Of a stretch of DNA of 64,000 nucleotides, positions 62,201 through 64,000 are shown in pieces. This DNA comes from an uncultured Clostridia bacterium. GTDB taxonomy: Bacteria > Bacillota > Clostridia > Christensenellales > UBA1242. The first letter of the stretch is position 1, and each line of letters opens with the position of its first letter. The notes beneath the pieces are model-generated. The model did not search any database. It was not told where the DNA came from and was given only the letters and a program-made list of their open reading frames with translations. The position numbers were made by a program, and so were the translations under genes. Where the stretch lies: contig CAKVFH010000001.1 of the NCBI GenBank assembly GCA_934746515.1, forward strand, positions 36,142 through 100,141. The letters run 5' to 3'.

Positions 62201-64000
62201 AACTGTTTCGCCTGAACCATCACTCTTGATTTTGTAAACTTTGAATGAAACAACAAGGGAAGTATCATCATCATATTTTGAAGATAACACGCTCATGCTT
62301 GTTAAATCCAAAACATTATATGCAAAGCTTACTTTTGCAGCTGTTACACGATTTCCAGCTTCATCGTAAACAACATCGTCTTTAATGTAGAACATTTCAC
62401 GACTAAGGTTGTCTTTCAAAAATTGTGAAGTTGTTGGAGCTAGGTAATATTTTTTTCCATAAAGTGTAACGATTTTTGCAATCATGTTTTTATCATTAAC
62501 AACACGGTTTTGCAAAACACGAAGATTTTCAGTTTTTTCAAGGTTTGTGTCAGTAAGGCGAGTTAAATAATCACCATAGAAACGATATTCATCGGTTCCA
62601 TCAGCGTAAGAAAACTTGATATATTGACCAAATTCAAGTCCTTCAAAAATAAAGCTTGCTTTGTCTAGTTCACCAGCTTGTCCGCTAATTGCGTTTTTGC
62701 TTGCGTCATATTTTTGCCACTTAACACCTTTAAGTTCTGAATTTCCAGCTGACAAAATTTTATCAGCATCAAAAATTGTGCCTTTAAGTGTAAAGTTGTC
62801 AACTTTAACGAAGTTAGCATAGAATTTTGTGTTGTTATATTCTCTTGCAGAACAAACGCGAAGTGTTCCAACTCTGCCATCAACTCCACTAGCCACTGAA
62901 CCAGAAACTGTTTCAAAAGCACCACTATATGTGTCAAGATAGTCATTGATTTTATTTGAGTCAAATGTGAAAAGTGCATTAAATGCTTTTCCTTTTGAGC
63001 TTCCAAAAATACAGGTATAGTCGTTATCAAAGTCTTCAAACATAAAATCGAGTGAAGCATAATTGTTGTATTGTCTTGCTTGATAGAAAGAATCAATATT
63101 GTTAAGAGCTAACGAGTTTTTAGCTTTTACTGCATTTGACCATGATTGGAAAGCATAATCTTTTGCAACGATACTGGTTGAACCAGTTTTTGTGTGATCT
63201 GTAAAGCGTCTTTGAATGGTAACCATTTTGCCGGTTGGGAAATAACCAGTGCAAGATGTGACATTAGTTTGGCCAGTAACTTCAGAAATTGTTTGGTTTA
63301 CCATGTAGAAATAGTCATTGTTTGTTCCAAGTCTATAATTTGATTTTGTTGCATCAGCTTCAACATCAAGATAAGCATAACCATCATCAACACCATTTAA
63401 GGAGTTGATTTCAAAAGTCATTTTGTTTGCACCAAAATAGAGTGGTGTGGTTGTTAATGATTCACCACGAGCAACATTGGTTTTATCCGTTTGGTTTGTA
63501 TAGGTGTAAGAGAGAACATCGGCATTATAGCCAGCGCTTAAATTTGCTTTCATGTTTGGATTTGGTCTAGCTTTAACTGTCATGCTTCTTGTTGTTGAAC
63601 CATTTCCAAGTCTTGGAGAAAAACGAAGATAAAGAGAATGATCGCTTGTTGTGGTGTTTGCAGACACAAAATCCTTTTTATCATTTCTGTGGCAAAGAGA
63701 AAACATAGAACTAGCATCTTTCCAATTTTCTGAATTGCTTGTTCTAAAGTAGAATGAAAAAGCACTCGTATCAACTTCTATGCGTTTTTCTTTACCATTA
63801 TATCTTCCAGAATTTCCGCCAGTAAAAGATATAGTTCCGCTGTAGTTGATATGGAGCTGATATGAAATTCCGTCATAAGTGAAAATATAATCAGGGAATG
63901 AAACATCAGTTGCACCATTAGCCATTGCATCTGAACCGTTTTGGTCGTAATTTTTGCGCAAAGCTAAATATTCGCTATCCGAAGTTGAAACATCGTAAAA
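32231..64000 (-). CDS. Giant membrane-anchored surface protein, 5'-partial (continues right of window); 10,589 codons in window
   Basis: The reading frame is uninterrupted from the window edge (64000) to the TAG at 32233-32231. The 13 codons upstream of the track's TTG (63961) are open (FYDVSTSDSEYLA), so the start is outside the window. The product is Asn/Tyr/Thr/Ser/Asp-rich. It carries scattered degenerate [YF]-x-F-x-G-[WFY]-[YWF] modules, for example GYRIEGWY at 54317-54355 and YVFAGWWLK at 44415-44445. A C-terminal TM hairpin is present. Confidence 0.9.
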   Translation of the reverse strand, partial: FYDVSTSDSEYLALRKNYDQNGSDAMANGATDVSFPDYIFTYDGISYQLHINYSGTISFTGGNSGRYNGKEKRIEVDTSAFSFYFRTSNSENWKDASSMFSLCHRNDKKDFVSANTTTSDHSLYLRFSPRLGNGSTTRSMTVKARPNPNMKANLSAGYNADVLSYTYTNQTDKTNVARGESLTTTPLYFGANKMTFEINSLNGVDDGYAYLDVEADATKSNYRLGTNNDYFYMVNQTISEVTGQTNVTSCTGYFPTGKMVTIQRRFTDHTKTGSTSIVAKDYAFQSWSNAVKAKNSLALNNIDSFYQARQYNNYASLDFMFEDFDNDYTCIFGSSKGKAFNALFTFDSNKINDYLDTYSGAFETVSGSVASGVDGRVGTLRVCSAREYNNTKFYANFVKVDNFTLKGTIFDADKILSAGNSELKGVKWQKYDASKNAISGQAGELDKASFIFEGLEFGQYIKFSYADGTDEYRFYGDYLTRLTDTNLEKTENLRVLQNRVVNDKNMIAKIVTLYGKKYYLAPTTSQFLKDNLSREMFYIKDDVVYDEAGNRVTAAKVSFAYNVLDLTSMSVLSSKYDDDTSLVVSFKVYKIKSDGSGETVDASEVGVSYEVIKSVTTTIDALGCVKTTVYVSVVMPSNYSIDKYNLVTDNNTYAPTVYANSNSLDTNGKNGTIIKFIDEVDGEIIPCYYFFNTETIASTKITSSNDRSYFKLKDTGEEFVYYYKKLNGTNSYNYMYQSLTTHNMICAVYGTDGSGKVNASASSYTLLKLDKIRDQDNVQSQVAMTRTGYLYSDISGLTEEQLQQLQSSEDCLYYNGSVYFNTQENISFLNFFYFVDQDYAYTGKFELNAGKENEDHTTGTITRYYNEIIFDNNKSYLQSLISDTPFVDYNKSNNSFSLFGPTKTGVNANGEVLDKFIYGITVEQTLNLSLTDFELNLSSDVLRKTATRVYIENYDGDNLNDDEKIYSFYYFNKELYYYKGKIYSTISSDVNQEDWFLVWNSLESEKNQQNYNSISFAISSNFSEMIIGRYGVTINGITYFVNKDQSTGKYKLYVTSELVNEVDVFKELGFAELKSCDIANRKIIFSRYYFGFFYVNPVKNNIYTDIACTKVWNYSDTYVFNREDDGTATIKLSNYFKTRLKIDLYQTTISRSYGSGCAAFNQNLIGKEHYTTGNSLNALQPFDSTVLTNTTGTAQSNSKTISLYVLDSSLDLYTSGSKLFSSVHYEISMDADDKITLSFGSTYDTRLTSHASESSTGSIVTIYGTPGSDHATDDIVAKKFVYGGKTSDSFKYLVISDGKKANQIYNTYFSSSMTSISLSAYESSMKLDALLYNDEYLYPKAIPNFDASNAITGFRNSNDGLNFDLYYDSNYNSQFKVANYYIKNDYMKTLNAEADYNVFFSTTSPVYINGNLRMYKPFVDALMHTSYRVSDDKLVNNGYVVNDNGKYYFAMQKTLSMLENGIIQIEKNVYLNPDDLIIGKVDLYQDENCGTAYTGSLKALYYDGNILIYDTDTSKEANDSTSQVYSCKYEGGHYKLKFAADIKIKQRKTVSGSGSGDWTDEVTSDNTESTCYLYYGIQSYTNAGITYNFSSKPIAKSETVRYDDTNSITTLIMYYPISNFKDLIGVSIFSGKQIETYATADQNTLTANQKKCLPFYNLVKASLDVSCFYYVERLSVSKEVLVVQEYTSESNGQMVTLQTKYIRATQADKVQSFEVSYVDTRSSYTYVTKYFSTSNTTIGDLSDLSDGDGINNELKLIEKFIISNDLSKPNYVDISSDDYNKVKFNGNFYYFSFGSKNVKIDGERYLLKTDPDLANPSKIFVTVTKQTQKGEYYRPTEVVINYASFMQGSGGSGENGKQSLKRKDNNQIIDLYPSSNLSTESGSRVFGNVSNIVSTPTISEAKYEFLLNGSSTYYIDLPIRYSDSLANDPVYYDVLTAYSLYICYSSTSVDTSEPTPVTMYVAATGQGETADAYCFIEQSTNGSRKVLQMLTNSAGDPITYKQMFGDVNKDSFMNVQYAYGNYIDKASIFFNGTNYIINEKGSYYKYETTENAANDVTKISKVETTEPEGKFLLESTSVALNYIFNYEGQFYFCDSNTGEVFVRSDIPAPLTATDSYHFVPYQNVKNNANLTFKYNASTREIRKTNGDLVARISNAVNATVTIFNDDLSIKDTGVNATPYVEDKLTSSIFFYDKNNSTLFKKLEFNDGLFAMSNSVTEFTYNYYSSSDRFEFRPVVQYYAFSNFDLLRSYRLNDDKVEDEVMINTRCYAYYTLDTTEQVIISGRIERRKNTKYYVQACFDYDSQRYIVYQKDGGNYEYLLYNRDYVTKKLLGDTTYKYYYATVDGSGNLVVGAEITEAALYGTAFAAKVREKFLEVKIKNTSIVTYVGDTSRYARLYGTNINNVEIISILGKYSHDAVSGEVVATNTFSSFISKRKLNVPSISKDGLPSGTNYSPFDYLTDEGSYFDIDYTDKTSITQGFPGVRYIDGLPYVNPIFAFDVYHVQGSTSHVELVTGFNNGYYIEILDGFVSHDETGKVPGTLYTDFSAVTFKHTLANLDNNQFDNMYYVVDKETYSSITALRHYSKANPQEHTTFYSYYYSTETDKDSKYYILFEEYTNLTTLEKSFYKGYIKAGESFYKVYSDTLKINECAMNDNDSNIYASDTYTVKMQNGVETKIYTDNIYIIKNGKLAKLTEDDAVIWQSSVYEIKDAPFFDIHTYVQDETTGELILTSDMIGESDNTICNGLVDLDTNVFSNSANVDFSNVVISGLTTGYKVPFDALDSTSLQGYWLESAINIYNEKLDPDKQVYLEVGVDGAILLANPLINFKNETYYRFKEWRIYSKDSAEYMVYNSEATESDSFTDRFNSICRFKSTVSGYYLVLPVYERLYSVSIGMETTTATPNIGGSINITSTSNSTSIDENDHVEDRFLLQYTKENLEVTDTNMFLLFTGNFVGNSPVFAKIGLASDYKTNANAVSILVKEVENSIYKLYFYKGETYHSCLSVDLSEYSSLKAGVLSLVRVVKANSLAYKLNAPGSVVDQVYITYNYKSFRKVSTFFATKKYNTTTHVYDTMMIGMDGYIYEDDSTNEDYMITDILHYRGTVYSVNKNQVYTKKTNPQKFTVANDKLYTFKENSLELHRNIDYYFSESNSFADIIRAGFNYTTKNEDVYYDETYYNSNNNLSSGEFYLADDGKTVNTSIEYKTTYYDRDDTITITAIANSGYRIEGWYLASYDEEYGWVVSDKKVNEQFETNFSDEIIRTEFETNNSSAKSFEIETKGLYPNGSSFTRKYSITNQYYDEFTLRFTNSGKVVPASLKSEYCALYANIGQSRTNPKFVRVYMKGGDREDLYYDEDFRFPVSVSDFGSSKSATTITSLWNSYYIGYMNNYDAIDVVYSFTTSNGIPVVSEEWQIVGSGKRQSTKTTYTQNGQEVYAIFVYNNTTLSYDITYYRSTKGNNFEIDGNQPNVLKINKLHSNIRVVAKFIETFQTYVLCEDEADSGVSVEAIYYFNEDSSKSQVRSNSSGQLMNDDSLVSGTANRNFLGGAVESYGLTKNYTNYNFIINDEEDKSKQISLLNGYYDKSKAGKAGFDAEGFSTSESYLMHYYDEESIVNFQKLSKLSTYTSLTDYRKVKNGTKYNLNEKGKGSFERNAFAMFRTEDKTLTLKNYYFDVGTTLYVLVRLQKGNELTIHSLGLNSNYTINFLIEPNKQLVNESSDTNLKYTYYLLKVTYNNDLEQTEGLTTTMGNENPEYVLHPDKARLVTNQVLSGNNLSLYDSIFDLKVSYSELDNATTDISKNNYLRFKYGTDKFDVKIAFDRNTSLVISNAFAFSKMMAEIVFYNYYQLGAFDNLAPYETRNASQATAYTYKIGNNTFKFSKKDDVSKADFIDEIRKYFVFVFENAYNEQKSNSLEKNFSKALSNINNSLKAFLNKDNALDASAYGLYKSIYELGYYSTVSGNVYINDTLINSILNIEVNKKTLKDTLGLTDYTVSVLWTLENKKFQSIGQFVSQMNQIIYAATSIKNSIRISSATYTSSYYKPYKLSLNSEVSYTDYVKLPSSNFSSIGELYIISIKRLVQYKIDASKLTSNTTGMIYNSTFFAGDGKEEVITKKVFNYSMPALSGKTNYINLSSIKIYTFSVSTAIVDSFSSDNLNADKESDIFITNGAKSANFTQNPYYILDDTIYVGGGIKTSFADYNYIGSAKKLDRSDDPLNYVAGYEKVQQFNLEYYQDGTSDLYAEDQITAGKLNYNSYGSMLFAENTVALWGGLKTYYSGDYSSFGYISQYDKQVLKTTRASTSNAGYALNSGDNYFKIDNGEYVVCRAYDNENGVYTGEYYIYTEDYKTVYIGTTTKVTPEYLEDFEITKAYSFAGWYAQTYNEDNSVWSDLELLSTDMTKPLVTASAANTNIIAMFVALTEFSFSYNKNEFNVSFRDSIDSRNQEIAINESSYIMVEPGDEWIDADSNLYFTDNRGINKYTYSASDWDGGKLKSNKLSSQPGKLLYKYDENMATISGWFFYSSAPVMSINPVGGYRVNDTYQVRIDDNASKNIEFDNSLTYYQTKNNQSAAECSFIDWSMTSNTFVKFPLVRITLDGASGDVDARRSCTVKLSAKKVIFTEFVISNFTYNPDGTAIRDCEFVLYSIKDNGDIDKVFFISDYEENNEGVINTALLDDYLNDTLDEKGSYVSPHYSLNRDIAHNVLYHSDSSQATYKVYGWFDAELNGKLVAAIVYNKTHEELVRNAETNSEAAPPTFKNWKTNESKASNNSTSMLQPTDMVKAVATLKSLFNDTASIDVTSDKFSSVLYANYYYTADTVINTNCSLDENNQVIYQSIARDVTSLVSFKNEFKSINDANSDLVEDDTDMIIPMEIVYYMNYVHYDTEANISSNGILEYNLTNTRMDWGGVGSREFDNHLGDANFKKTITYKFKIDNNSVSGDRKYLSIQVKDKYYVVYDKGKASYYQFVGFYNLVGDKETLLTTNMYYDFLGILPAGTIIARYIKITPLTISITSGGTANVSVNSFVTTEMLGGFVTDAQKDQYTAYKSFLSIKHVNTISEFDGSDYKNYSSTDPTTSDIPHNINYCLYNTSLTVGVVASTGYKLSFAGYRLDTAIALRAVSAGEYYDSTKTYYITQSRKFTSTDFDTYFDDNNQLKSGVNLYYYPDPVYEPFEKDTDPAKTIASGSTISFSGGSTIATISKYREAVAFKFSFEDAYIVTIKQYSLSSLSDSAVATLYTEGAYTRVSETRMSDSDISSLNSEDFIYNRDNIEKMTASIPQQNSFYIYYFSHGSQSLIGVYENGKEIASASKFGSRTYEIDGETYTVYELFYRDVKPAGLPGDVSLEIRFTSSSKLATIIAGMDSTQYSGNNGGVNAKDNSVFKVGNGEGEMKHEFRDSRYYYTLAKIDSEIQYLPENSTVTNEISINSGSIVSYDIHVKDVGTNYAFVYYYYYKKCLPTKLDGNWYSFVYDNQTYYYYFNESNDETKNSAYTEKDLNSTKFSKKVAWHSKDDNSYQNDENYIYVEQVISTKSDAAIAVSSDMVSNADVMKDGTTLLKIYAFFSEVITVRVYKSLDPNDIHPDDYAFYNQKSNEFTSYFDAKIEYKISLSDSTYRSAFIYSDNYDADKGLYYTDVTIARGTNLYITPYINPAVRNRYMSIEGTHIFATLGLEGNNTYLNKDKEGRFVITSNTIGTIGSPANISMRISYYSSYTSTIEKTIEGNKDDGNVGAESKLTDLLKFISVESTVEYATINDRNIALYYTDQNFLSYYEESQLNIGNGDRAFKNIYYYNTSSLTKTYPIHRADFATRHTLKTSIMNGVDAEKLGIVFYGWYLNGYLYSTDREVSVNVSKLGSTESDGINGFVMIHDNDNKIVALCALQRDTAGGNDLYYTFTFAGETRTISRKAVLENITGELSGSLGDYGYVYIPSDNMKFTASYGYYTEVTYDTTPNSTYPTGNRENILVSSIISGNLLKYASHLTTDNPSTIYSKDEFAQFAKYMLDNDGTIGDKDLKNGYTISNILNSYTIADNYYSNPDVAVYARSGTNLYLTAGHTLGFRFTGFTYYISRIQVTVDGKDISYRIIKDQIDDPNFVYRQTLKLTDSADVSYLAISGDIITSNITVIANYENVYDINTFVTTTDDFGYLGPTSNYNANNKVGGTVKVKAYMETSPSTKNEGTFFSKSYNCLQITVNPTSGYTTAGIFINGIYLSVSNLGFDTYGLSGEVTINLQRLFSGEGGGSEFDVTDTIDGTDRTFSAFENNINIEVKFVKNIEVSVRMAVNDIISKSVLSSEYGIVKGGQFDISIALENIYTTIKYSVGQRVELKKGSLYNSKIKYYTSPTSGTEYVFDENDWDKVLYTGTAIPQYYFKGEKTLYYDSMSVITSSDKLTRSIWTGSGTELCTKFIVPFGTKITLKIANKKAYGSNSRLFHFSGWYVYDNNTEIIKNNSKITYSDELTFFAAKDINFNSHSDSSIDILAKYSSYESSYVESPLFSAELIGNNIDTSLSVESIRTIIQNNVLMYNGNKYVFAGWWLKVNDANVADSVRYLMVSDNFDDYPNNLIQTDSLIARFILVKTITIELPNTTDASNANEVISSGSVRSNMYTSYNYVKTNVRDDRILAISTITKDRVQVKIEVLVGTYFGFETAVGSYGSDTATTITPQDGFYYIINSINYERTKDSSLPQNKFPFLSSQVNNFSFNYRNSLQATRDANSDRLSTSAGYIDGKDVNLAQIKKAGKVYDVNSNYNILSAVDNFYTFSFITTTVREDGSLATGEYGGSINYSSIKVKTTGGAEKGDNSSYVFNSTYSIVHSEVSVDSEYVFAGYYVNGQYVDDSFNRKSFDIHLNAASDVVIEARFLKLVTVYVDMRDNGSVTHNKNLSFDVNVSNNYHTNVIKYTIGNTIYSSSSDIPGIDAEAANGTFTITVPYGTKLEFDSNIANSRWYWNSISVNTLMSSNSSISFYVNEDKSLIINYNDVSTIASSNTDLVYQVYSLDGNKVTSTSYGSGGTTFLNTPQTVSIDSKLYIFTGWYRYMSGRLAYLVSATPGSGGVPIEKGTYWARYVEYKNIDVKYSDMSSIHLKGQVTMPYYYVQDSTDNSILGAKFIATDQAVIRMSAPVMSTYYISEIGVENDFKFLDDSLTVESDTPVTGISLPVYGNSIRDSVTLSTNVNEQPNYNLKFGKTGPSMRGYYDNILNDISEDKIVITVNDSKNSLKVTVKPIAPDKVFENDVNSLITVTASDITQDNINNTQKYANEIDYVNIGGTIYYLFEGNYYETLVTYQVTRGGTSPENYYYFISNYTTIGSPGFVTYVGSNKYFLSEDNLTVYVFKNPHTLTTDELNAIADTPVISAVVGKYFSMYTQLTVSLRAEYRNDSFSGFMISYDGKTSYKLYSVEEVGFSFTFTVMSDVYIYAVFGEAKQLSKPNANNGNYGSGEDYGAGTVYTLEFQAGDDEYIDKIRSGSNAMIDFTYDQNSQNKDLFTITMATGSSAEIDLDRSVIVTDSFGQRFFTKVVLKVTTNLAALGVESSYTVTTRPITILHISVTENDASISGYDGSSLNMFYPANYLSEQFSSNFGKYDGKNFVTNARILSYLKDVANYMRVDSSEILISDFVTDPAIKDSKFSNTMLVNKSTGNIQFMDGFSNFDIIKIGGVSAKSAHIDGSFTSAGVWNGENIAYVNTSNMNDDKNNNITYNYKTRGIIRIYIHPAYYNSSNGEYSTELTNSVLTAGVGDDVFALNPFISASDDVTISNYVYDSDEMRTIGGSGTARGVYYYDITYQFAKPLSLVFNSAYLSFDYYCFKNKTSNSYTNLSDYMNTIDNRDVQGTSLGTNDSALSISYGEFMQLFNDSNSISDDLPTLVLHCVGKENVKKTTLELEYTNATLGLDIQIGSAGSTTTYTVLENVRWNEPDSFGKDYGVTNAIDLYPTDETITDSLTISYCTYKSENGKYYFEFIYGQNLIAQQARFNIKLNDFREQDKSSGTDATKLYLYINDSLPYALSCENAYCENKTQEVMFEIQSSIGAIVSWQLGGSFANENIVKIQTQKYYKILYSTNGLSGTIDAPFTLTGDGTAINFGSGTDYANRYAYTFVRDGESVNIKYNILDASKIPVMYVKENALNGVMRKRTDLRYDVCVYNYLTFTSAQARNLSPGTLMTTLSSISSYISNSDLISYTFLPRSNTSFLANFNADANANNKFIFAIIAADNSSSFTIDNGVGNLINTSNDLNSGYNVVAKIIGIGSSISVKQLNTSSQKSYSGYEIHEHEGFLYTEENTETYPSQLYSMNNFDVDNTFNLFAYANRLNADLIYPKQYLFLVKTKEKRHDVLLANKKQTAVPFVDIREVDYIYKTDVDNISSEGSKYFDNLGNVTDVEANAVKDIKIKTTTGKTVHAMSFVFNNKLYYFCDGKIYLESVKDALDDEFVEFNNMEVEYDPRSEGYYFDVDYSDYSITVYELLYLILGEKSEAMVGGTKFESSFANNFTVNENDSFKTMIEKTVDTMPASFKSWYNTSKSIYTLSNGILQYNYQSENYSYAEYREETGPVITLEDGKEITNFVLVGARKIETYYMEDSLARQEKISDYTKKIKKIDMDIFIKNKGLNYVGRDEEIAALEKEKTRLQEKLQDFKNSYTKKTIKRKIVVNSNEDALLEISGDDNSYIFNTDFEDGDSSNVNNIEIKYNYMAAETNKITKYTYNGDEYYLIDGSLYKDYFNPDSWYADVYYKYAIFGSNRFKNRKVACDTSAGTYLYKFIDRFTNILREVYYYKGKFYNNYSGGVYSNEYQFSVTVSDITCIGKTFNFNSSSIETIDKYNYVKIDGTQFYIGSNLKLYSSFPFNETSMVKVNSLETTKIYDEDTYKYMKLHNYYVYPTFIQLGVVKYDIPTFVNKDSSNNPIDPYVLYAQSTDPNDFIKLVLPDCNDVSSKARIYGSDQDGNQGTEYTNYTFSDKFRVNTDYYKTSDNGGTNIIKIYKNITYNKKKYIANVGAINVTGNTQVIPYQYDNGDGTNTSIYFVITQNDAGNITSNMYSDPANFNSSTLIKNSLCIFEGMSYFVRRIDNLGLSTIQVNIASKNDAVYSYRNVDRYTTPSNNQLSLASSQANITSIRAKVYAGYYLKGFLLVPDFVSTGSTYLHYILTSGGNIFDGLQGFEYYSSFNLLKFISVDYECIDNSTNGKVSYESDAKGNISAICYDINLPINGNFTIFAVYAPVMYTIGVTKVDLSSIKNKDDVSILTNNTQPDGTIREGLFSQLYDENSKPEDSTSAGSVRGNMLVEHNGFAMITARPTNGNSYLGYSLAKENENQMTSVRTINTTLKITDETDQRYKDVKTKLFDDSYSISSDYNYSKSLSVVRKYEGGSSNLLNAANYTYFMNQSRTDNGTTDKSKIKILGSGVDQYVKFPEDNNTQKNYIFFGGFTNNLGIYVFFNAISYTLTIELNETERGIYNAEDGSKSEADSYIAYTERYIEEYEKTTNKTWENPAHTYNTTIYGDRNNSTIYDKYFSYYLDDEDYANAVTSDGINDYSFIANIASQGTGDSAGAVETRAYTYKDVSGDDRLVYTLFDNYGTLITAEMEQPSIRSIYKKFMMATPSPILNSMIDFTLSKAAGFLVYKKNSDGQYYIPALARKEVTGGTEMTSAYATSAGDSKQFEIYKDDYGIWVVQSFKYYNIQPKDKLSKTGDQLSEENYSNKITYENKVEKVENYAYLVIPYNQGGSENYVEFNSSFLEENHNPAAGNSCGGKTIYANENFVYTIDFSAAKLDTPADDIFNVKKIKSTDILFSSTGLAYIQISGKSYVVAGRLAKNGEKYINDKSKYELNYVTSLIKKANDPLDSDYELAQEYLRIIVYKTSVDETASKHGFYNITSTNITPGITDKSKFVDYIGTDSTSGEKLYKLKEKLFTISVGGYMIDSSQFTQLSNKITATFKNTEGVEKTFLSSIKFETSTSSIGIVTSITLTLKIYYEDGSLPEVIINQNPALTTAEKKRQDISVANLQRIGIVVDYTYGNDKNALVYSPTTIAERNGTRYDSNITGENDANYIGRGKEANGFFQNLYGGGYSYENGKYFQMPNLNVKVSLIYAYTLKAVNPTVKTVVGNNETGNISMLSRSGASESNPTSIYSTSNVNGFSKIFGRVMSKDEENSENRMIESYSTYFSFIYKSYNLYVINDGQMVLDLLEFIFENTSNNDTRVTATKYYSYISTYNPLSYIQLQMDYLFDDANRSSSFYKYSTFYDFAIGAVNLILNRNSTKADIVSEAKYYIANLPRKYDSRYDDSTTKFLKVSQIDVNALSRTAVSTNFISNHIKQTDLVVSVIEMKERYSQQYFQAGRVGAIANAWNGIKKFFTGKESKPRQDAFGIKAYKYYAPVKTAFTCTVGTPTFTVSDGHVGNALSFNFANADKSVKDQATKFIDDVVSLEHPMAPMATMYQASSNRVDNYLATSTASAAFAAKDFYSSKDKIEAMTPTVTICEDPNLRLPTRFFNLNPLDYKTQYDKVVDTIMVIAYIATAITFAVSQITPIGWIADIAIGLAAVGAGVFLYSTVERIGSDVSKYEAQKALSGVILESRAGLFKQMFGIDTDNNLVQFNRVTEYEIDKMVRDAINSVYK
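32432..32569 (-). other. Two adjacent predicted transmembrane helices (membrane hairpin) 66 aa from the ORF2 C-terminus
   Basis: The two helices are VVDTIMVIAYIATAITFAVSQIT and PIGWIADIAIGLAAVGAGVFLYS, separated by no loop of significant length. These are the only long hydrophobic runs I saw in the in-window part of ORF2. Confidence 0.65.
38120..38340 (-). other. Isolated Lys/Glu-rich, probably helical/coiled-coil segment inside ORF2
   Basis: The sequence is MEDSLARQEKISDYTKKIKKIDMDIFIKNKGLNYVGRDEEIAALEKEKTRLQEKLQDFKNSYTKKTIKRK. This composition is unlike the surrounding N/Y/T/S-rich sequence. Confidence 0.5.

Noticed and set aside
32894-63774. About 50 short ORFs inside ORF2 in other frames or on the opposite strand, e.g. 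62665..63096, 35485..35910, 44779..45150, 45379..45714
   Set aside because: The reasoning is the same as for ORF1. They are shadows of the 31.8-kb frame and have no independent signals.
63959-63961. TTG at 63961 (minus strand) offered as the start of the 10,576-aa ORF
   Set aside because: The frame stays open for the remaining 13 codons to the window edge, and there are no translation signals. This is the same truncation artefact as at nt 37.
1-64000. Mollicute-type genetic code 4 (TGA = Trp), suggested by the AT-richness and the giant surface proteins
   Set aside because: The giant ORFs are intact under code 11 and contain many Trp, all encoded by TGG. A code-4 genome would have frequent in-frame TGA. 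SH3b-like and lipobox features also suggest a walled cell.
1-64000. NRPS/PKS megasynthase explanation for the giant ORFs
   Set aside because: I saw no adenylation, condensation, ketosynthase or carrier-protein (…GxDS…) core motifs. The composition and the GY-x-F-x-GW repeats indicate structural or adhesive beta-repeat proteins.
1-64000. Mobile elements, CRISPR arrays, a diversity-generating retroelement or phase-variation repeats associated with the giant genes
   Set aside because: I noticed no transposase, integrase or reverse-transcriptase ORF, no direct-repeat/spacer array, and no long homopolymer or short tandem nucleotide repeats in the intergenic regions or at the ORF ends visible here. 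Nucleotide-level repeats inside the ORFs cannot be fully excluded by eye.

Overview
This is an AT-rich bacterial chromosome segment that uses the standard genetic code. Every Trp across more than 53 kb of coding sequence is TGG and there is no in-frame TGA, so it is not a code-4 mollicute.

About 85% of the window is two convergent giant ORFs, and both are still open at the window edges:
- A + strand ORF at 1..22374, with 7,457 sense codons in the window.
- A - strand ORF at 32231..64000, with 10,589 sense codons in the window.

The TTG 'starts' at 37 and 63961 in the ORF track are artefacts of truncation. By eye, both products are Asn/Tyr/Thr/Ser/Asp-rich, Cys-poor beta-repeat proteins.

ORF1 carries 26 in-frame G-Y-x-[FW]-x-G-[WY] modules that resemble Listeria-Bacteroides / InlB B-repeats. 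They fall into two alternating subtypes organised as a five-module super-repeat that shortens towards the C-terminus. I saw no membrane anchor or sortase signal in ORF1.

ORF2 is much less regular. It has only degenerate versions of the motif and ends in a compositionally distinct module with a two-helix membrane hairpin.

Between the giants lies a ~9.8 kb island of ordinary genes:
- a divergent FadH/OYE-like flavin oxidoreductase
- cysS
- a Nudix-like protein with a degenerate Nudix box
- tRNA-Leu(CAA)
- a beta-helix-like lipoprotein
- a HAD hydrolase
- a canonical Nudix hydrolase
- a signal-peptide/SH3b-like/C-terminal-TM protein

The island has near-consensus sigma-A promoters and intrinsic terminators.

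The most specific regulatory observation is upstream of cysS. A 7-codon leader ORF (MKKCCCN) with three tandem Cys codons sits between a perfect promoter and an intrinsic terminator, and mutually exclusive antiterminator pairings are present. This suggests a Cys-sensing leader-peptide attenuator rather than a T-box.

I saw no CRISPR array, transposase, integrase, rRNA or recognisable defence genes. All domain calls come from motif recognition by eye; no database search was run.
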